DNA of 64,000 nt. Origin: a virus. Its lineage: Duplodnaviria; Heunggongvirae; Uroviricota; Caudoviricetes. Below, in pieces: positions 44,162-53,274 of this stretch (position 1 is its first letter; the number at the start of each line of letters is the position of its first letter). The notes below the pieces were generated by a model. The model saw only the letters and a program-made list of their open reading frames with translations. It made no database searches and was not told where the DNA came from. The stretch spans positions 1 through 64,000 of the IMG/VR virus record IMGVR_UViG_3300033069_001798. One strand, written 5' to 3'. The position numbers were made by a program, and so were the translations under genes.

Positions 44162-44569
44162 TTACGGGTCTTCTAGTTCACTCTCTTCAGCACCCAACGC
44201 TCGAAGTTCGGCAAGGAGCCTGTCTTTCTTTGCGATGAGCGCTGCAGCCTTGCGCTTCTTTCTCATCTCAGGCGTGATCCAAGTCGCCCGTGAACCGTAG
44301 TCTTTCTCAGCTGCTGCAAATGCCATGTTGAACATCGAGAGATAGCTGATGCGATGTTCCTTGCAACGCTCCATCCAGTTGACAAGATGGTACAGTCCGG
44401 TTTCAAACGCGTAACGTTGGACGTTATCACGCTCGAACATGTTGTACTTTCCTTCGCTTCGGACAATCTCGTACTCGAAGATCTCTTCTTTCGTAGGGAG
44501 GCACTTCATCTCAGCATCCCAACGTCGTACTTCATCTTCGATCTTTGTCCGGATCGGTTCAGAGCTCAT
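44162..44569 (-). CDS. hypothetical protein
   Basis: ORF. Confidence 0.5.
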   Translation of the reverse strand: MSSEPIRTKIEDEVRRWDAEMKCLPTKEEIFEYEIVRSEGKYNMFERDNVQRYAFETGLYHLVNWMERCKEHRISYLSMFNMAFAAAEKDYGSRATWITPEMRKKRKAAALIAKKDRLLAELRALGAEESELEDP

Positions 44570-44570
44570 G

Positions 44571-44840
44571 TTACCATCGTAAAGCTTTGTGAGCTAACTT
44601 TGCACTCTTCTTTGCGCCAGCGAGCTGCACGTAAGCCTCGTAAGGAACTGCTTTTAGCGCAAGAGCCGCCATGTCCAGCGTTGAGAAGAATTCATCCAAC
44701 GACTTCTGGTCAGTGATTGCACCTGACTTCACAGAAGCAACGATCATCTCTTGAAGCTCGGCTCTAACACGTTCTTTCTTCATGTAGGAAGAAGAAGCCT
44801 TGATAGCTTCAAGGATGAACTCTTTCAAGATGTTGACCAT
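44571..44840 (-). CDS. hypothetical small helical protein
   Basis: ORF. Confidence 0.45.
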   Translation of the reverse strand: MVNILKEFILEAIKASSSYMKKERVRAELQEMIVASVKSGAITDQKSLDEFFSTLDMAALALKAVPYEAYVQLAGAKKSAKLAHKALRW

Positions 44841-44853
44841 GACAACTTAAGTA

Positions 44854-45297
44854 TCAACTCTTCAACGACTCATGAACCTTGACTTTTGCGTTGACAACCC
44901 TGCCATCTGGTAGCATAACTTCAGCAGTAGAAATTTCGACCGGTGAAGAATCTGGCGGAGATCCACCGAACAGAGTTGTATCATCGTCTTGCAGCTGACT
45001 CGTCTTGGATGGGAACCATGCGTTAGCCTTCTCAACGGCAGCATCGACCATCTTGGTGATCTGATTTGCTGCCCGAGCGACTAGCGTAGACTTTAGCTTC
45101 TCGACAGAATCGAAGATCTCACCTTTGAACTCATCAAGGTTGATCCTTTCACGATCTTCACCTCCAGACTCCAAGATGTAATCGATCTTCGTTCCTTCCA
45201 AAGTTTTCTTTGTGATCTCCTCTACGCAACGCAGCGGGTACACGATCATCTTCTTTGGCAAGACCGCGTATACGATCTGTCCGACTTTCAAGTCCAT
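44854..45297 (-). CDS. hypothetical protein (start at 'MDLKVGQIVYAV'; the track's N-terminal extension is an antisense artefact of the acidic-tail region)
   Basis: The track ORF's first 79 residues are a basic low-complexity mirror of the neighbouring acidic tail. Confidence 0.4.
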   Translation of the reverse strand: MDLKVGQIVYAVLPKKMIVYPLRCVEEITKKTLEGTKIDYILESGGEDRERINLDEFKGEIFDSVEKLKSTLVARAANQITKMVDAAVEKANAWFPSKTSQLQDDDTTLFGGSPPDSSPVEISTAEVMLPDGRVVNAKVKVHESLKS

Positions 45298-46153
45298 GTA
45301 AATCTCCTTCTTCGTCTTCTTCTTCCTCGTCATCCTCTTCAAGCTCATCGAGCTCGTCGAGGCCTTCAAGATCATCTTCTTCATCTTCAAAGATGCTCGA
45401 GGCATCATCATCAGATGAGTCAGAAGCTTCTTCTTGCGCGAGCTGGAAGACTCCGAGCGGCGGTGCGCCAGAAGGGGCAACCACGTAATCAGGTGCTGAT
45501 GAATCCATCGGAAGATCCGCTGAGATGCATGCATCGCTGACCTTATTCCACAGGTAAGATTCGATCAACGGTCGATTCTCCAGCTTTGCAAGAGCTTGCG
45601 ACACGGTGACGCGGCCTTCTGGCGGAAGGGCAACGCTTAGAAGGTCTCTAAGGTGCAGCAGCTCAAACTTCGTTAGGTGGAGCTCGAACGTCTTCGCGAC
45701 CTTCACTTTAGCAGTGACTGCCTTTTCCTTCTTCTTGGCGACCTTCTTTACTGCTGATTCCATCCGCTCTTCACGTGATGGTTCTGCCGCAACTTTCTTC
45801 GCCTTCTTCGCCTTAGTCTTTGAATTCTTGGCCATTGTGTCTCCTAAAGTGTGATCGCTGAGGCTTTCGACGAACAAATCGAATGCGTCACGGTGCGCAA
45901 CAGACGATTGGATCTTTACGACCTTGAGCGCGGCTTGAAGGGTTTTCATATCAAGTTGCGTCGAATATTCTTCTATAATTTCAGAACGATCGCCCTTCAG
46001 GAGCTCGATCTCATTGTCAACAGCTTCAATCTTTCCGATGAACTCTTTCACAAGAGCCTTCAGAGCGCCGAGCTCGTCAGGGTGCATCAAACCTACGTTG
46101 TAGTTCTTTGGTTCAACCTTCTTCTTAGCCATGAGAAGAATATTACCACCCAA
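45158..46153 (-). CDS. protein with an extremely acidic C-terminal tail
   Basis: 'SDSSDDDASSIFEDEEDDLEGLDELDELEEDDEEEEDEEGD'. Confidence 0.5.
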   Translation of the reverse strand: MGGNILLMAKKKVEPKNYNVGLMHPDELGALKALVKEFIGKIEAVDNEIELLKGDRSEIIEEYSTQLDMKTLQAALKVVKIQSSVAHRDAFDLFVESLSDHTLGDTMAKNSKTKAKKAKKVAAEPSREERMESAVKKVAKKKEKAVTAKVKVAKTFELHLTKFELLHLRDLLSVALPPEGRVTVSQALAKLENRPLIESYLWNKVSDACISADLPMDSSAPDYVVAPSGAPPLGVFQLAQEEASDSSDDDASSIFEDEEDDLEGLDELDELEEDDEEEEDEEGDLHGLESRTDRIRGLAKEDDRVPAALRRGDHKENFGRNEDRLHLGVWR

Positions 46154-46166
46154 AGAACCAAATGTT

Positions 46167-46829
46167 TCATCTGACAGATCGATGAAATGAATCGATGATG
46201 TTTACAACTCGAGGGTCAAGAACAACTGCTGAAACGGCAGGAGCATACACTCCTTCGCTAACATCTGCACCGCTGTCAATGATCACGTCGTAACCAATGT
46301 TTCTGAAGATGAAGTTCGTTGACTTGGTTGAGCCCTTTATCTGGCTGACGATCTGGTACAGTTGACGACCAGGTGACATTTCTGACAGCAACTGCTGATC
46401 GTACTCAGTACCCACCTCTGATGGCCAAATATCTCGCTTACGATCTTCATCGTTTTGCGCATTGTCAACAGCAGAACCATACAACTTCCGAAGCTTGCTC
46501 ACATCGCTCTTCAATGCTGCTTCATTGTACGTTGAAGTGTCAAGCACTCGATCAGTTTTCACTTCAAAGATGTACACGTCGCTCATGCGGGTCAGGTACG
46601 CTGGTTTTTCTGGCCACCCGTACTCAAGATAAAACGACCAGATCCCAAATATGTCTCCATAAGTGAAATCACGATTCAGTGAAACTGGGATTCCTGGAGA
46701 GTTATTTTCAAATCGAACGTAGACGGGCTTGTTGTCCCAACGTTGCTGAAACTCTTCAAAAGTTCTCTTGGGCGAACGTTGCGATTCCCGAATGATCTGA
46801 CGTAGTTGACCGATTGTCAGGCGCATCAC
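46167..46829 (-). CDS. hypothetical protein with the shared N-terminal motif (MMRLTIGQLRQIIRESQRS)
   Basis: Read directly from the sequence. Confidence 0.55.
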   Translation of the reverse strand: MMRLTIGQLRQIIRESQRSPKRTFEEFQQRWDNKPVYVRFENNSPGIPVSLNRDFTYGDIFGIWSFYLEYGWPEKPAYLTRMSDVYIFEVKTDRVLDTSTYNEAALKSDVSKLRKLYGSAVDNAQNDEDRKRDIWPSEVGTEYDQQLLSEMSPGRQLYQIVSQIKGSTKSTNFIFRNIGYDVIIDSGADVSEGVYAPAVSAVVLDPRVVNIIDSFHRSVR

Positions 46830-47905
46830 AGTTGCTTGATCTTCTGAATCACTTCTGCGTAATCTGACACGAAGGGTGAATCTTTCGGGATTCCAGCTTC
46901 AATAGCAACTTTGACTTGAGCTTGCAAGTTCTTCACGTAGAAGAGCATCATAGACTTCTTCACGTTTGACAGCAGCTGGGCCTCGAGCTGCTGGCGCTCT
47001 TCGGGTTTCAAGTTATTGAGCTTCTCAGATCCCTTCACCTTCTTGCCCAACTTTGTCTCGAGCTCCTGGATGCTCTTTGCAGTCAGGACGGCTTCGGCTT
47101 GCTGAAGAACGCTGCTCAACGTCTTCTTGATGATCTCTCTAGAAACAGCTTGCAGCTTGCGAGCTCGATCAGATTCTAGAGCTTTCGCTACTAGCTTCTT
47201 GTTCGTCACAACTTGGCCGATCGGCGGGAGCTTCTTCTTTTTCTTCCCTTTGCCGTCTTCATGAAGAGCCCCTTCGCCAAAGAAGCCACCGGGCATCGGA
47301 TCAGCAACGTAACCACCAGAAGGAGACATCGGTCCGTGCGGGGCAGAGTACCCACCGCCACTCTTCTTGTAAGCGTTTTTGATTCCCTTCACAGTCGTAG
47401 CCAAAGAACCACCAGACAGAACGTTCATCAAGTGAAGAGCTGATCCTGGCGACTTTGCAGCCGCCAAGCCTGTCATCACGTAACCCGGGTACGCAAAGAA
47501 AGCGCAAAGAGCAATGTCATTGTTGCGAAATGCATCCCAAGTCGCTTCGTACACATCGTTATACTCTGACTTGATCTTCGCAAGAGCATCTTTCTCTTCA
47601 TCAAAGATCTCTTTGAACTCGGTTGTCAACCACGGGATGATCGACACCATGAAAGCTTCAAATGAGACCTTGAACAGAGTTTGAGCTCGCTTGCTGACTT
47701 CTTTCGTCTTGCCAGCAGCAACTTGCACAACGTCAACGAACGGCTTAACAAACGTTGAATAAAGAGCATCTTGTGAAGCAAAATGTGCTCCGAAAGGCAT
47801 CATGTCGTACGCAGCACCCATCATGCCACCGTACCCATCATCCTCTTTCAGGATCTCTCTTATGTACTCACGTAGGATCCTTTTGCTGCGTTGGCTTTTC
47901 ATCAC
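46826..47905 (-). CDS. hypothetical protein with the shared N-terminal motif (SKRILREYIREILKEDDGYGG)
   Basis: Read directly from the sequence; ATGA junction. Confidence 0.55.
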   Translation of the reverse strand: MMKSQRSKRILREYIREILKEDDGYGGMMGAAYDMMPFGAHFASQDALYSTFVKPFVDVVQVAAGKTKEVSKRAQTLFKVSFEAFMVSIIPWLTTEFKEIFDEEKDALAKIKSEYNDVYEATWDAFRNNDIALCAFFAYPGYVMTGLAAAKSPGSALHLMNVLSGGSLATTVKGIKNAYKKSGGGYSAPHGPMSPSGGYVADPMPGGFFGEGALHEDGKGKKKKKLPPIGQVVTNKKLVAKALESDRARKLQAVSREIIKKTLSSVLQQAEAVLTAKSIQELETKLGKKVKGSEKLNNLKPEERQQLEAQLLSNVKKSMMLFYVKNLQAQVKVAIEAGIPKDSPFVSDYAEVIQKIKQL

Positions 47906-48197
47906 CCTTAAATATGACCTTGCGGCCAGACAATTCCGACCAACGTGCAGCCAATGCTCTATCTACCTTTGTGATGACGCGCTTCTTAAGCACAGGATCG
48001 TAAGAATTCAACGCAGGCCTCATCTCAACGCGCATGTTGAGCAGCAACTGCTTCTTTATTGCCGACCATTCGTCAAGAAAACCAGCGTAACGGAAGACAT
48101 CAATGACAACTTGATCGTACTCAGGATCAAGCTCATCGCTGTCTTCATCATCCATGCTGAGAGCTCCAGATTGCCTTGATCGCCTCGATACCTTCAT
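47868..48197 (-). CDS. hypothetical protein with an acidic N-terminus
   Basis: ORF. Confidence 0.4.
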   Translation of the reverse strand: MKVSRRSRQSGALSMDDEDSDELDPEYDQVVIDVFRYAGFLDEWSAIKKQLLLNMRVEMRPALNSYDPVLKKRVITKVDRALAARWSELSGRKVIFKGDEKPTQQKDPT

Positions 48198-48639
48198 GGA
48201 TGACTGACTCCTGGTACCGAACGAGACCCGGCAGCTCTGAAACCTTGAACCACCGAACGTCTGCTACTTCCGAATCTGGATCGCTGGCGTCTGGGTGGTT
48301 GTCGCACGTCTGCACGGCCAAGTAAGTCACAACTGTCTTCTCTTCCTTCTTGTAAGAAGCCAGCGTGTCAGTCAATCGCATCCCGAGCTCAACGTCGATG
48401 CCAGTTTCCTCTTTGGTCTCGCGGATCGCGCACTTCTCGATTGTTTCGCCAGGATTGATGTGACCCTTGGGTACGCCCCAATTTCCCTTCTTGGAAAATT
48501 GCTTCACCAAGAGGATCTCGGTATCAATCCACTGCGGCGCCAACCGGTACGTCAACGTTCCGCAGGACGTCGTCTTAACAATAGACTTCTTCTTGCCGCT
48601 CATGCTCCTATGATACACCAAGCATGGGTAATTGAACAC
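48148..48639 (-). CDS. Nudix hydrolase
   Basis: Nudix box 'GHINPGETIEKCAIRETKEETGI'. Confidence 0.75.
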   Translation of the reverse strand: MFNYPCLVYHRSMSGKKKSIVKTTSCGTLTYRLAPQWIDTEILLVKQFSKKGNWGVPKGHINPGETIEKCAIRETKEETGIDVELGMRLTDTLASYKKEEKTVVTYLAVQTCDNHPDASDPDSEVADVRWFKVSELPGLVRYQESVIHEGIEAIKAIWSSQHG

Positions 48640-48672
48640 TGCATGCTCCGCGAGCTACGATACTTAAGAAGC

Positions 48673-49305
48673 ATGCAAATTGGTCTCATCGCCGCCGCAG
48701 GGAAACCTCTGCACGCAGGTCACTATGGTCTGATACAGATCGCCGCTAGTGAAAACGACATCGTGAAGCTTTTCGTTTCAACCAGCGACCGGAAGCGACC
48801 AGGCGAGCTTCCCATACTTGGCAGCGACATGCTGCGCATCTGGAAAGAGCACCTCGAAGCAATCATGCCAGAGAACGTTGAGATAACGTACGGCGGATCA
48901 CCCATCGCAAACATCTGGAAAGTCTTGGGCGAAGCTAACGAGTCTGGTAACATGGACGACACTTTCACAGTGTATGCAGACCCTGACGACCTTGCCACGA
49001 ACTTCCCAGAAAAATCACTTAATAAGTACGCTGGAAACCTTTGGAACAATAAGAAGATTATTCTAAAGCCCATCCAGAGGACACAGACGGTGGATGTAAG
49101 CGGTACCAAGATGCGTAGCTACTTGGCCGCAGGCGACAAGGCTTCTTTCGTCAAGAACTTGCCTCCTGGCGTCGATGGTGAAGCCATCTGGAACATCCTC
49201 AGCAAGCAGACCACCGAAGCGCTGCTGAAGAGCTGGATAAGCTTGCTTATCGGCTTACGTAAGGGTCCCCAAGGCAGCGCAAGCGAGAAGCGTGGCAAGC
49301 CTTGA
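48673..49305 (+). CDS. cytidylyltransferase-like nucleotidyltransferase (NMNAT/PPAT-like)
   Basis: 'AAGKPLHAGH' is an (H/T)xGH motif and 'VSGTKMRSY' an ISSTxIR-like motif. Internal ATG of track ORF 48295-49305. Transcribed divergently from the Nudix gene. Confidence 0.55.
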   Translation: MQIGLIAAAGKPLHAGHYGLIQIAASENDIVKLFVSTSDRKRPGELPILGSDMLRIWKEHLEAIMPENVEITYGGSPIANIWKVLGEANESGNMDDTFTVYADPDDLATNFPEKSLNKYAGNLWNNKKIILKPIQRTQTVDVSGTKMRSYLAAGDKASFVKNLPPGVDGEAIWNILSKQTTEALLKSWISLLIGLRKGPQGSASEKRGKP

Positions 49306-50642
49306 GACACGATCTCAAACTTGAACGCTTTCCTGAACATGGACCGCGGTACCATGAGGAACCCGTTTCGGTTCACGATGAAGACGCCGTCAACGTGCTC
49401 GAAGACGTTGTCAATGTTGATGGAGTTGAACCACTCGTTGAAGAACTCGCTTGGATCATCGAACGCAGCATCTTTCAACGTTGAGAACAGAAGCTCAAAC
49501 TTCTCGAAGCCAGTGAGGACGCTCTTGTCCCCCGTAGCGCGCTCAACGCGCTTTGCAACGTCGATGAACGTTGGCTTGTCAACCTTGACTTCTTTGTCGT
49601 TCAAGGATATCCTTGTGTCGACTGGCGCTGTGCCATGATCGTGATCGATACCACTGTGATCGTGCTTGAACTTTTGTATCGACTTCAGGATTCCTCTGAA
49701 CGCAATGAACCTATCGCGGCCGATCTCGCCTTTCTCAACGATCATCTCGTAATCGTCTTCAACGAAGACTTTCACGAAAGAGATCATGTTAGCTTCTGAT
49801 TCTGACAAGTCGCCTTTCTCAAAGAAGCCTGGCCTGCGAGCAAGAGCAACAAAGTTCTTGATCTGCGTCATGATCGAGATGAGGCGCTTTCGTGGTTTGG
49901 CAAAAGCAGCTCTTCCCTCTGTACCTGGACGAATCATTGAACCAGCACCGTCCAAAGCTTTCACTTCCCACGAGCGTCCGTCAACAGTGACGATATCGTA
50001 AGGAACTTTTCCACCTTGCATCTGACCGCCGAGGATGAACTCGAGCCATTCTTCGCCCGGACCCATCGTGCGACCAACCTCGTCACCAGAGGATCCAGCT
50101 CCGGCTTTCGCTGAACCAAACGACTTACCAGACTTCTTCACTTCTTTCGGCCACGTGTACCACTTCAATGGCATCACGTCGTCGATCGACATGTAAACCT
50201 TCTTCTTCGGCGGTGGGAGCTGCTTGTCGAAAGATTTCTCTGCCTTTGGTGCTTTTGAACGAACGTAACCACGAAGCTCAGCGTTGTACTCTGAGTACTC
50301 TTGCTCGGCTTTCTTAAGAGCATCTTCAAGCGTCTTTCGTTGCTTCGCAGCTAGCTTTGGATCGTAGGTGTACTGTGGGTTGTCCTTCAACCTCTTCTTC
50401 GCCGTGTCTGGCGTTACGCCCATCTCTTTAGCTTTGGCGAACAGAGCTTCTTTCTTCTTTTGGTTATCATCCCACGCAACAAGATCAGCTTGTGCAGCCT
50501 CGTAACGTTCTTTTGCTGCGACTTCCTGAGCATCGTACTCAGAACCAACTTTAAACTCAGATTCATTGATGAACTTTTTGATCAATGATCGTAGTTGCTG
50601 TTCAACAACTACTGCATTCAGTCTCGCTCTTAGGTTCATCAT
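49119..50642 (-). CDS. hypothetical protein (507 aa) with a Lys/Glu-rich N-terminal coiled coil
   Basis: ORF. Its 3' end overlaps the NMNAT-like gene convergently by 187 nt. Confidence 0.5.
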   Translation of the reverse strand: MMNLRARLNAVVVEQQLRSLIKKFINESEFKVGSEYDAQEVAAKERYEAAQADLVAWDDNQKKKEALFAKAKEMGVTPDTAKKRLKDNPQYTYDPKLAAKQRKTLEDALKKAEQEYSEYNAELRGYVRSKAPKAEKSFDKQLPPPKKKVYMSIDDVMPLKWYTWPKEVKKSGKSFGSAKAGAGSSGDEVGRTMGPGEEWLEFILGGQMQGGKVPYDIVTVDGRSWEVKALDGAGSMIRPGTEGRAAFAKPRKRLISIMTQIKNFVALARRPGFFEKGDLSESEANMISFVKVFVEDDYEMIVEKGEIGRDRFIAFRGILKSIQKFKHDHSGIDHDHGTAPVDTRISLNDKEVKVDKPTFIDVAKRVERATGDKSVLTGFEKFELLFSTLKDAAFDDPSEFFNEWFNSINIDNVFEHVDGVFIVNRNGFLMVPRSMFRKAFKFEIVSQGLPRFSLALPWGPLRKPISKLIQLFSSASVVCLLRMFQMASPSTPGGKFLTKEALSPAAK

Positions 50643-50656
50643 GTTTTCTTAAATAT

Positions 50657-52774
50657 TTAGAGACCCACAACAGATTTCACGTAATTGAGCATAACATTTA
50701 CGTTATCACCAAACATCTCAGGACGTTGAGCAGCTTGTTCTTTTACTTCAACTACAAATGCAGACAAGATCTTGTCTGCAATCGCTCGAAGCTTCGATCT
50801 TCTCAGAACTTCGACCAAGTCTTCAAATTTTGCAATGTCTGATGACTTGAAACCCTTGCCAAACATCATAGTAGTTATAGTATCCGGATCGTCAGACACA
50901 AATTCTCTTGAAAGTGTTTTCCAATCCTTGAGTGGTTTCTTGGGATCTTTTCCCCTCTTGGTCTGGACGACTTTGTACAAACCCTTGTCGAAGTCAACAA
51001 CGTAACGTGTACGATCTAGATCATCTTGCGTTGCATCTCTAAACTCTAGCGTTGAAGCAAACCTGTTGATAACGTTCAAAAGGATGTTTCTCACCACGCC
51101 CTTGACGCCAGAATAATCTTTGTGTCCTTTCGTTGGCGATGTTCCAAATCTCGACCATGTAAGATAACTAACGTTGCCAATCATCACGTCAACTTGAACG
51201 TTGACGCCCGAAGACGTGCCGGACAACGGATAGCTGATAGAAACAATGTTTGATCCAACCTTATCAACAGACTCAGCACCAAACATGTCAGATGCATAGC
51301 TGAACAGCTCTTCTCTAGTGCCGTCAAACTCTACAGCAACATCAATATCACCCATGATTGGTTTCTTTCCAGTTGAACCAACGGGTGCTACGTTCTTGCA
51401 ACCCATATCCTGAAGATCTTGGACGAGAGTTGGCCATAGGGCTTTGAAATCTTCGACGGAGATCGGGCGAACGCTATCGAAAGCGTGACCTCCTTCAACT
51501 ATGAATCGTGATTCGCCCAAGTCCATCTTGGGTATACCTTTGCGCCCGTACTTAAAGAGAGATAGGATCTGATGAACGGGAGCAAATGCACCAGTGAACT
51601 TATATGCATTTCCTTTGTAAAAGAAGACAATGCCTTCCATTGCAGCGTTGATGTTATCAACTGAACCAAGGCGGCTCATCTCTTTCTGCAATATCTCCAT
51701 CGCAGCGACGTTACCAGAAGCCTTGATCGCAGAAATTGCTTTGTTAACTTGTGCTTTGATCCTGCTAACTTCTTCATCAGACTTTGCTATCAACGTAGAT
51801 GAAACGCCGTTTAGAACACCGATCGCAAACTCATTGATCGCTGACTCGATGGGAAGCATCATGTTCTTCACCATCACTTCAGATGCTTTCACAAATTCAA
51901 CAGCGGCTGCAGCATCACTTGGCGTCTTTGACATCTTCTTCAGCTGAGGAATTCCAGGAGCGCCTGGTGCTTCAATAGCTCGCTCGATGCATGCTGCTTT
52001 CAGTTCTGGCGACATCTTGTAGTTTGAAATTTCATCGCGCAAGAGCGACCTAAGGTAGTCATAGATTGTTGCGTTATCATCAACACCTGCTGCGGCTTGA
52101 GCAGCTTCGATCTTTTCAATAGCAGACCTTGCGATAGTACCATCTGACAGCTGCTTCAAGTTAAGCAACGAAGGACCACGAATTCGCCAATCTTTCATGC
52201 TCAGAGCTCGTTGCATCTGCTCAATCTTTGACGTAAGCAACGTTATGCCAGAATCATCATCATCTTGCGAAATACTACCATCACTATCAACTTTAAAGAT
52301 TGGCCAACCATGAAAAACTATGTTGTTTGTATCGTAGTTGATCGTATTTGGATCCGGTGCGTATATGATCTCAATAGAGTACCATCGATTACCGCGAGGC
52401 CCAAAAATTTTCTTTCGTGCCGGGGGTGGTAGAGCGGACAGTGAATCATTTAGAACTTTGAATGCTGAGTTGAACGCAAGCTCAACATTTCCTCTACCGA
52501 AGAATTTCTTAGCAAGAGCGCTTGCATCCATACCACCAGTCTTGATGTCAGAGCCGTTCCTGGCCGTCTTCAACTGTTCAGAGTTTACATCGTAAGTAAA
52601 GACAAGGTTCATGCCGTCAAGCTTTTCAGACACCTTTTCAAGCTTTCCTTCAGCCGCGCTTGTGATAACGTCTTTGATTTCACCAAACGTAAGCTCAAGA
52701 TTTTCAGCGAGATGTTGCAGATGCCCGACGGCACCACCTTCATTGACGTAATTCTTTTTCGACGCTCTTAGCAT
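50657..52774 (-). CDS. composite protein: N-terminal KxDG ligase-like motif plus C-terminal Pol-beta-superfamily nucleotidyltransferase motif
   Basis: 'EKLDGMN' resembles nucleotidyltransferase motif I of Rnl2-type ligases. 'VGSTGKKPIMGDIDVAVEFD' is a GS-x9-DxD motif. Confidence 0.5.
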   Translation of the reverse strand: MLRASKKNYVNEGGAVGHLQHLAENLELTFGEIKDVITSAAEGKLEKVSEKLDGMNLVFTYDVNSEQLKTARNGSDIKTGGMDASALAKKFFGRGNVELAFNSAFKVLNDSLSALPPPARKKIFGPRGNRWYSIEIIYAPDPNTINYDTNNIVFHGWPIFKVDSDGSISQDDDDSGITLLTSKIEQMQRALSMKDWRIRGPSLLNLKQLSDGTIARSAIEKIEAAQAAAGVDDNATIYDYLRSLLRDEISNYKMSPELKAACIERAIEAPGAPGIPQLKKMSKTPSDAAAAVEFVKASEVMVKNMMLPIESAINEFAIGVLNGVSSTLIAKSDEEVSRIKAQVNKAISAIKASGNVAAMEILQKEMSRLGSVDNINAAMEGIVFFYKGNAYKFTGAFAPVHQILSLFKYGRKGIPKMDLGESRFIVEGGHAFDSVRPISVEDFKALWPTLVQDLQDMGCKNVAPVGSTGKKPIMGDIDVAVEFDGTREELFSYASDMFGAESVDKVGSNIVSISYPLSGTSSGVNVQVDVMIGNVSYLTWSRFGTSPTKGHKDYSGVKGVVRNILLNVINRFASTLEFRDATQDDLDRTRYVVDFDKGLYKVVQTKRGKDPKKPLKDWKTLSREFVSDDPDTITTMMFGKGFKSSDIAKFEDLVEVLRRSKLRAIADKILSAFVVEVKEQAAQRPEMFGDNVNVMLNYVKSVVGL

Positions 52775-53030
52775 TTTGAAGCTTCTCAGCCTTTCTCTTT
52801 GCAGACGCTAGCTCTCCACGAAGACGTTGCACAAGTCGAGCGTAGTTGGCTCGAGCTTCTGAACCTTTCTTCTGACGATCGCGCCACTTGATGAGGTCTT
52901 CGATCCTGGCTTCAAGATCTCTGATGTGCTTCTTTGACCCGTGCGGCACTCTTGAGCCGTCAGAAACATCAGCCTCTCTAACCTTGCTCTCAACAACGAG
53001 CTTGATGTATTCTTTAAGATCGTCATCCAT
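52740..53030 (-). CDS. hypothetical small charged protein
   Basis: ORF. Confidence 0.4.
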   Translation of the reverse strand: MDDDLKEYIKLVVESKVREADVSDGSRVPHGSKKHIRDLEARIEDLIKWRDRQKKGSEARANYARLVQRLRGELASAKRKAEKLQNAKSVEKELRQ

Positions 53031-53241
53031 CCTTCATCTCTTTCTCGGCTTTGTCAAGCGCTGTCGATACCGCGCCCCAGATGAACATCCTCATGTGATC
53101 GTCAGTGACAGTTTCTGACTTGTCGATCTGAAACTGGTAACGAATTCTGTCAAGTAGCTCTTGGGTGATCTTGATCTCGAGCGTGCCGCCCTTGGGAAGC
53201 GTGATCGATCGCGTTTCGATAAAGTTTTCGTTGTTTTCCAT
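53023..53241 (-). CDS. hypothetical small protein
   Basis: ORF. Confidence 0.4.
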   Translation of the reverse strand: MENNENFIETRSITLPKGGTLEIKITQELLDRIRYQFQIDKSETVTDDHMRMFIWGAVSTALDKAEKEMKDG

Positions 53242-53274
53242 GACACCCTCATACTACAACGCGATCGCAGTAAT

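Noticed and set aside
45255-45488. Poly-serine ORF ('SSSSSSSSSSSSSSS')
   Set aside because: It is the antisense reading of the GAA/GAG-rich acidic tail of the 45158-46153 gene.
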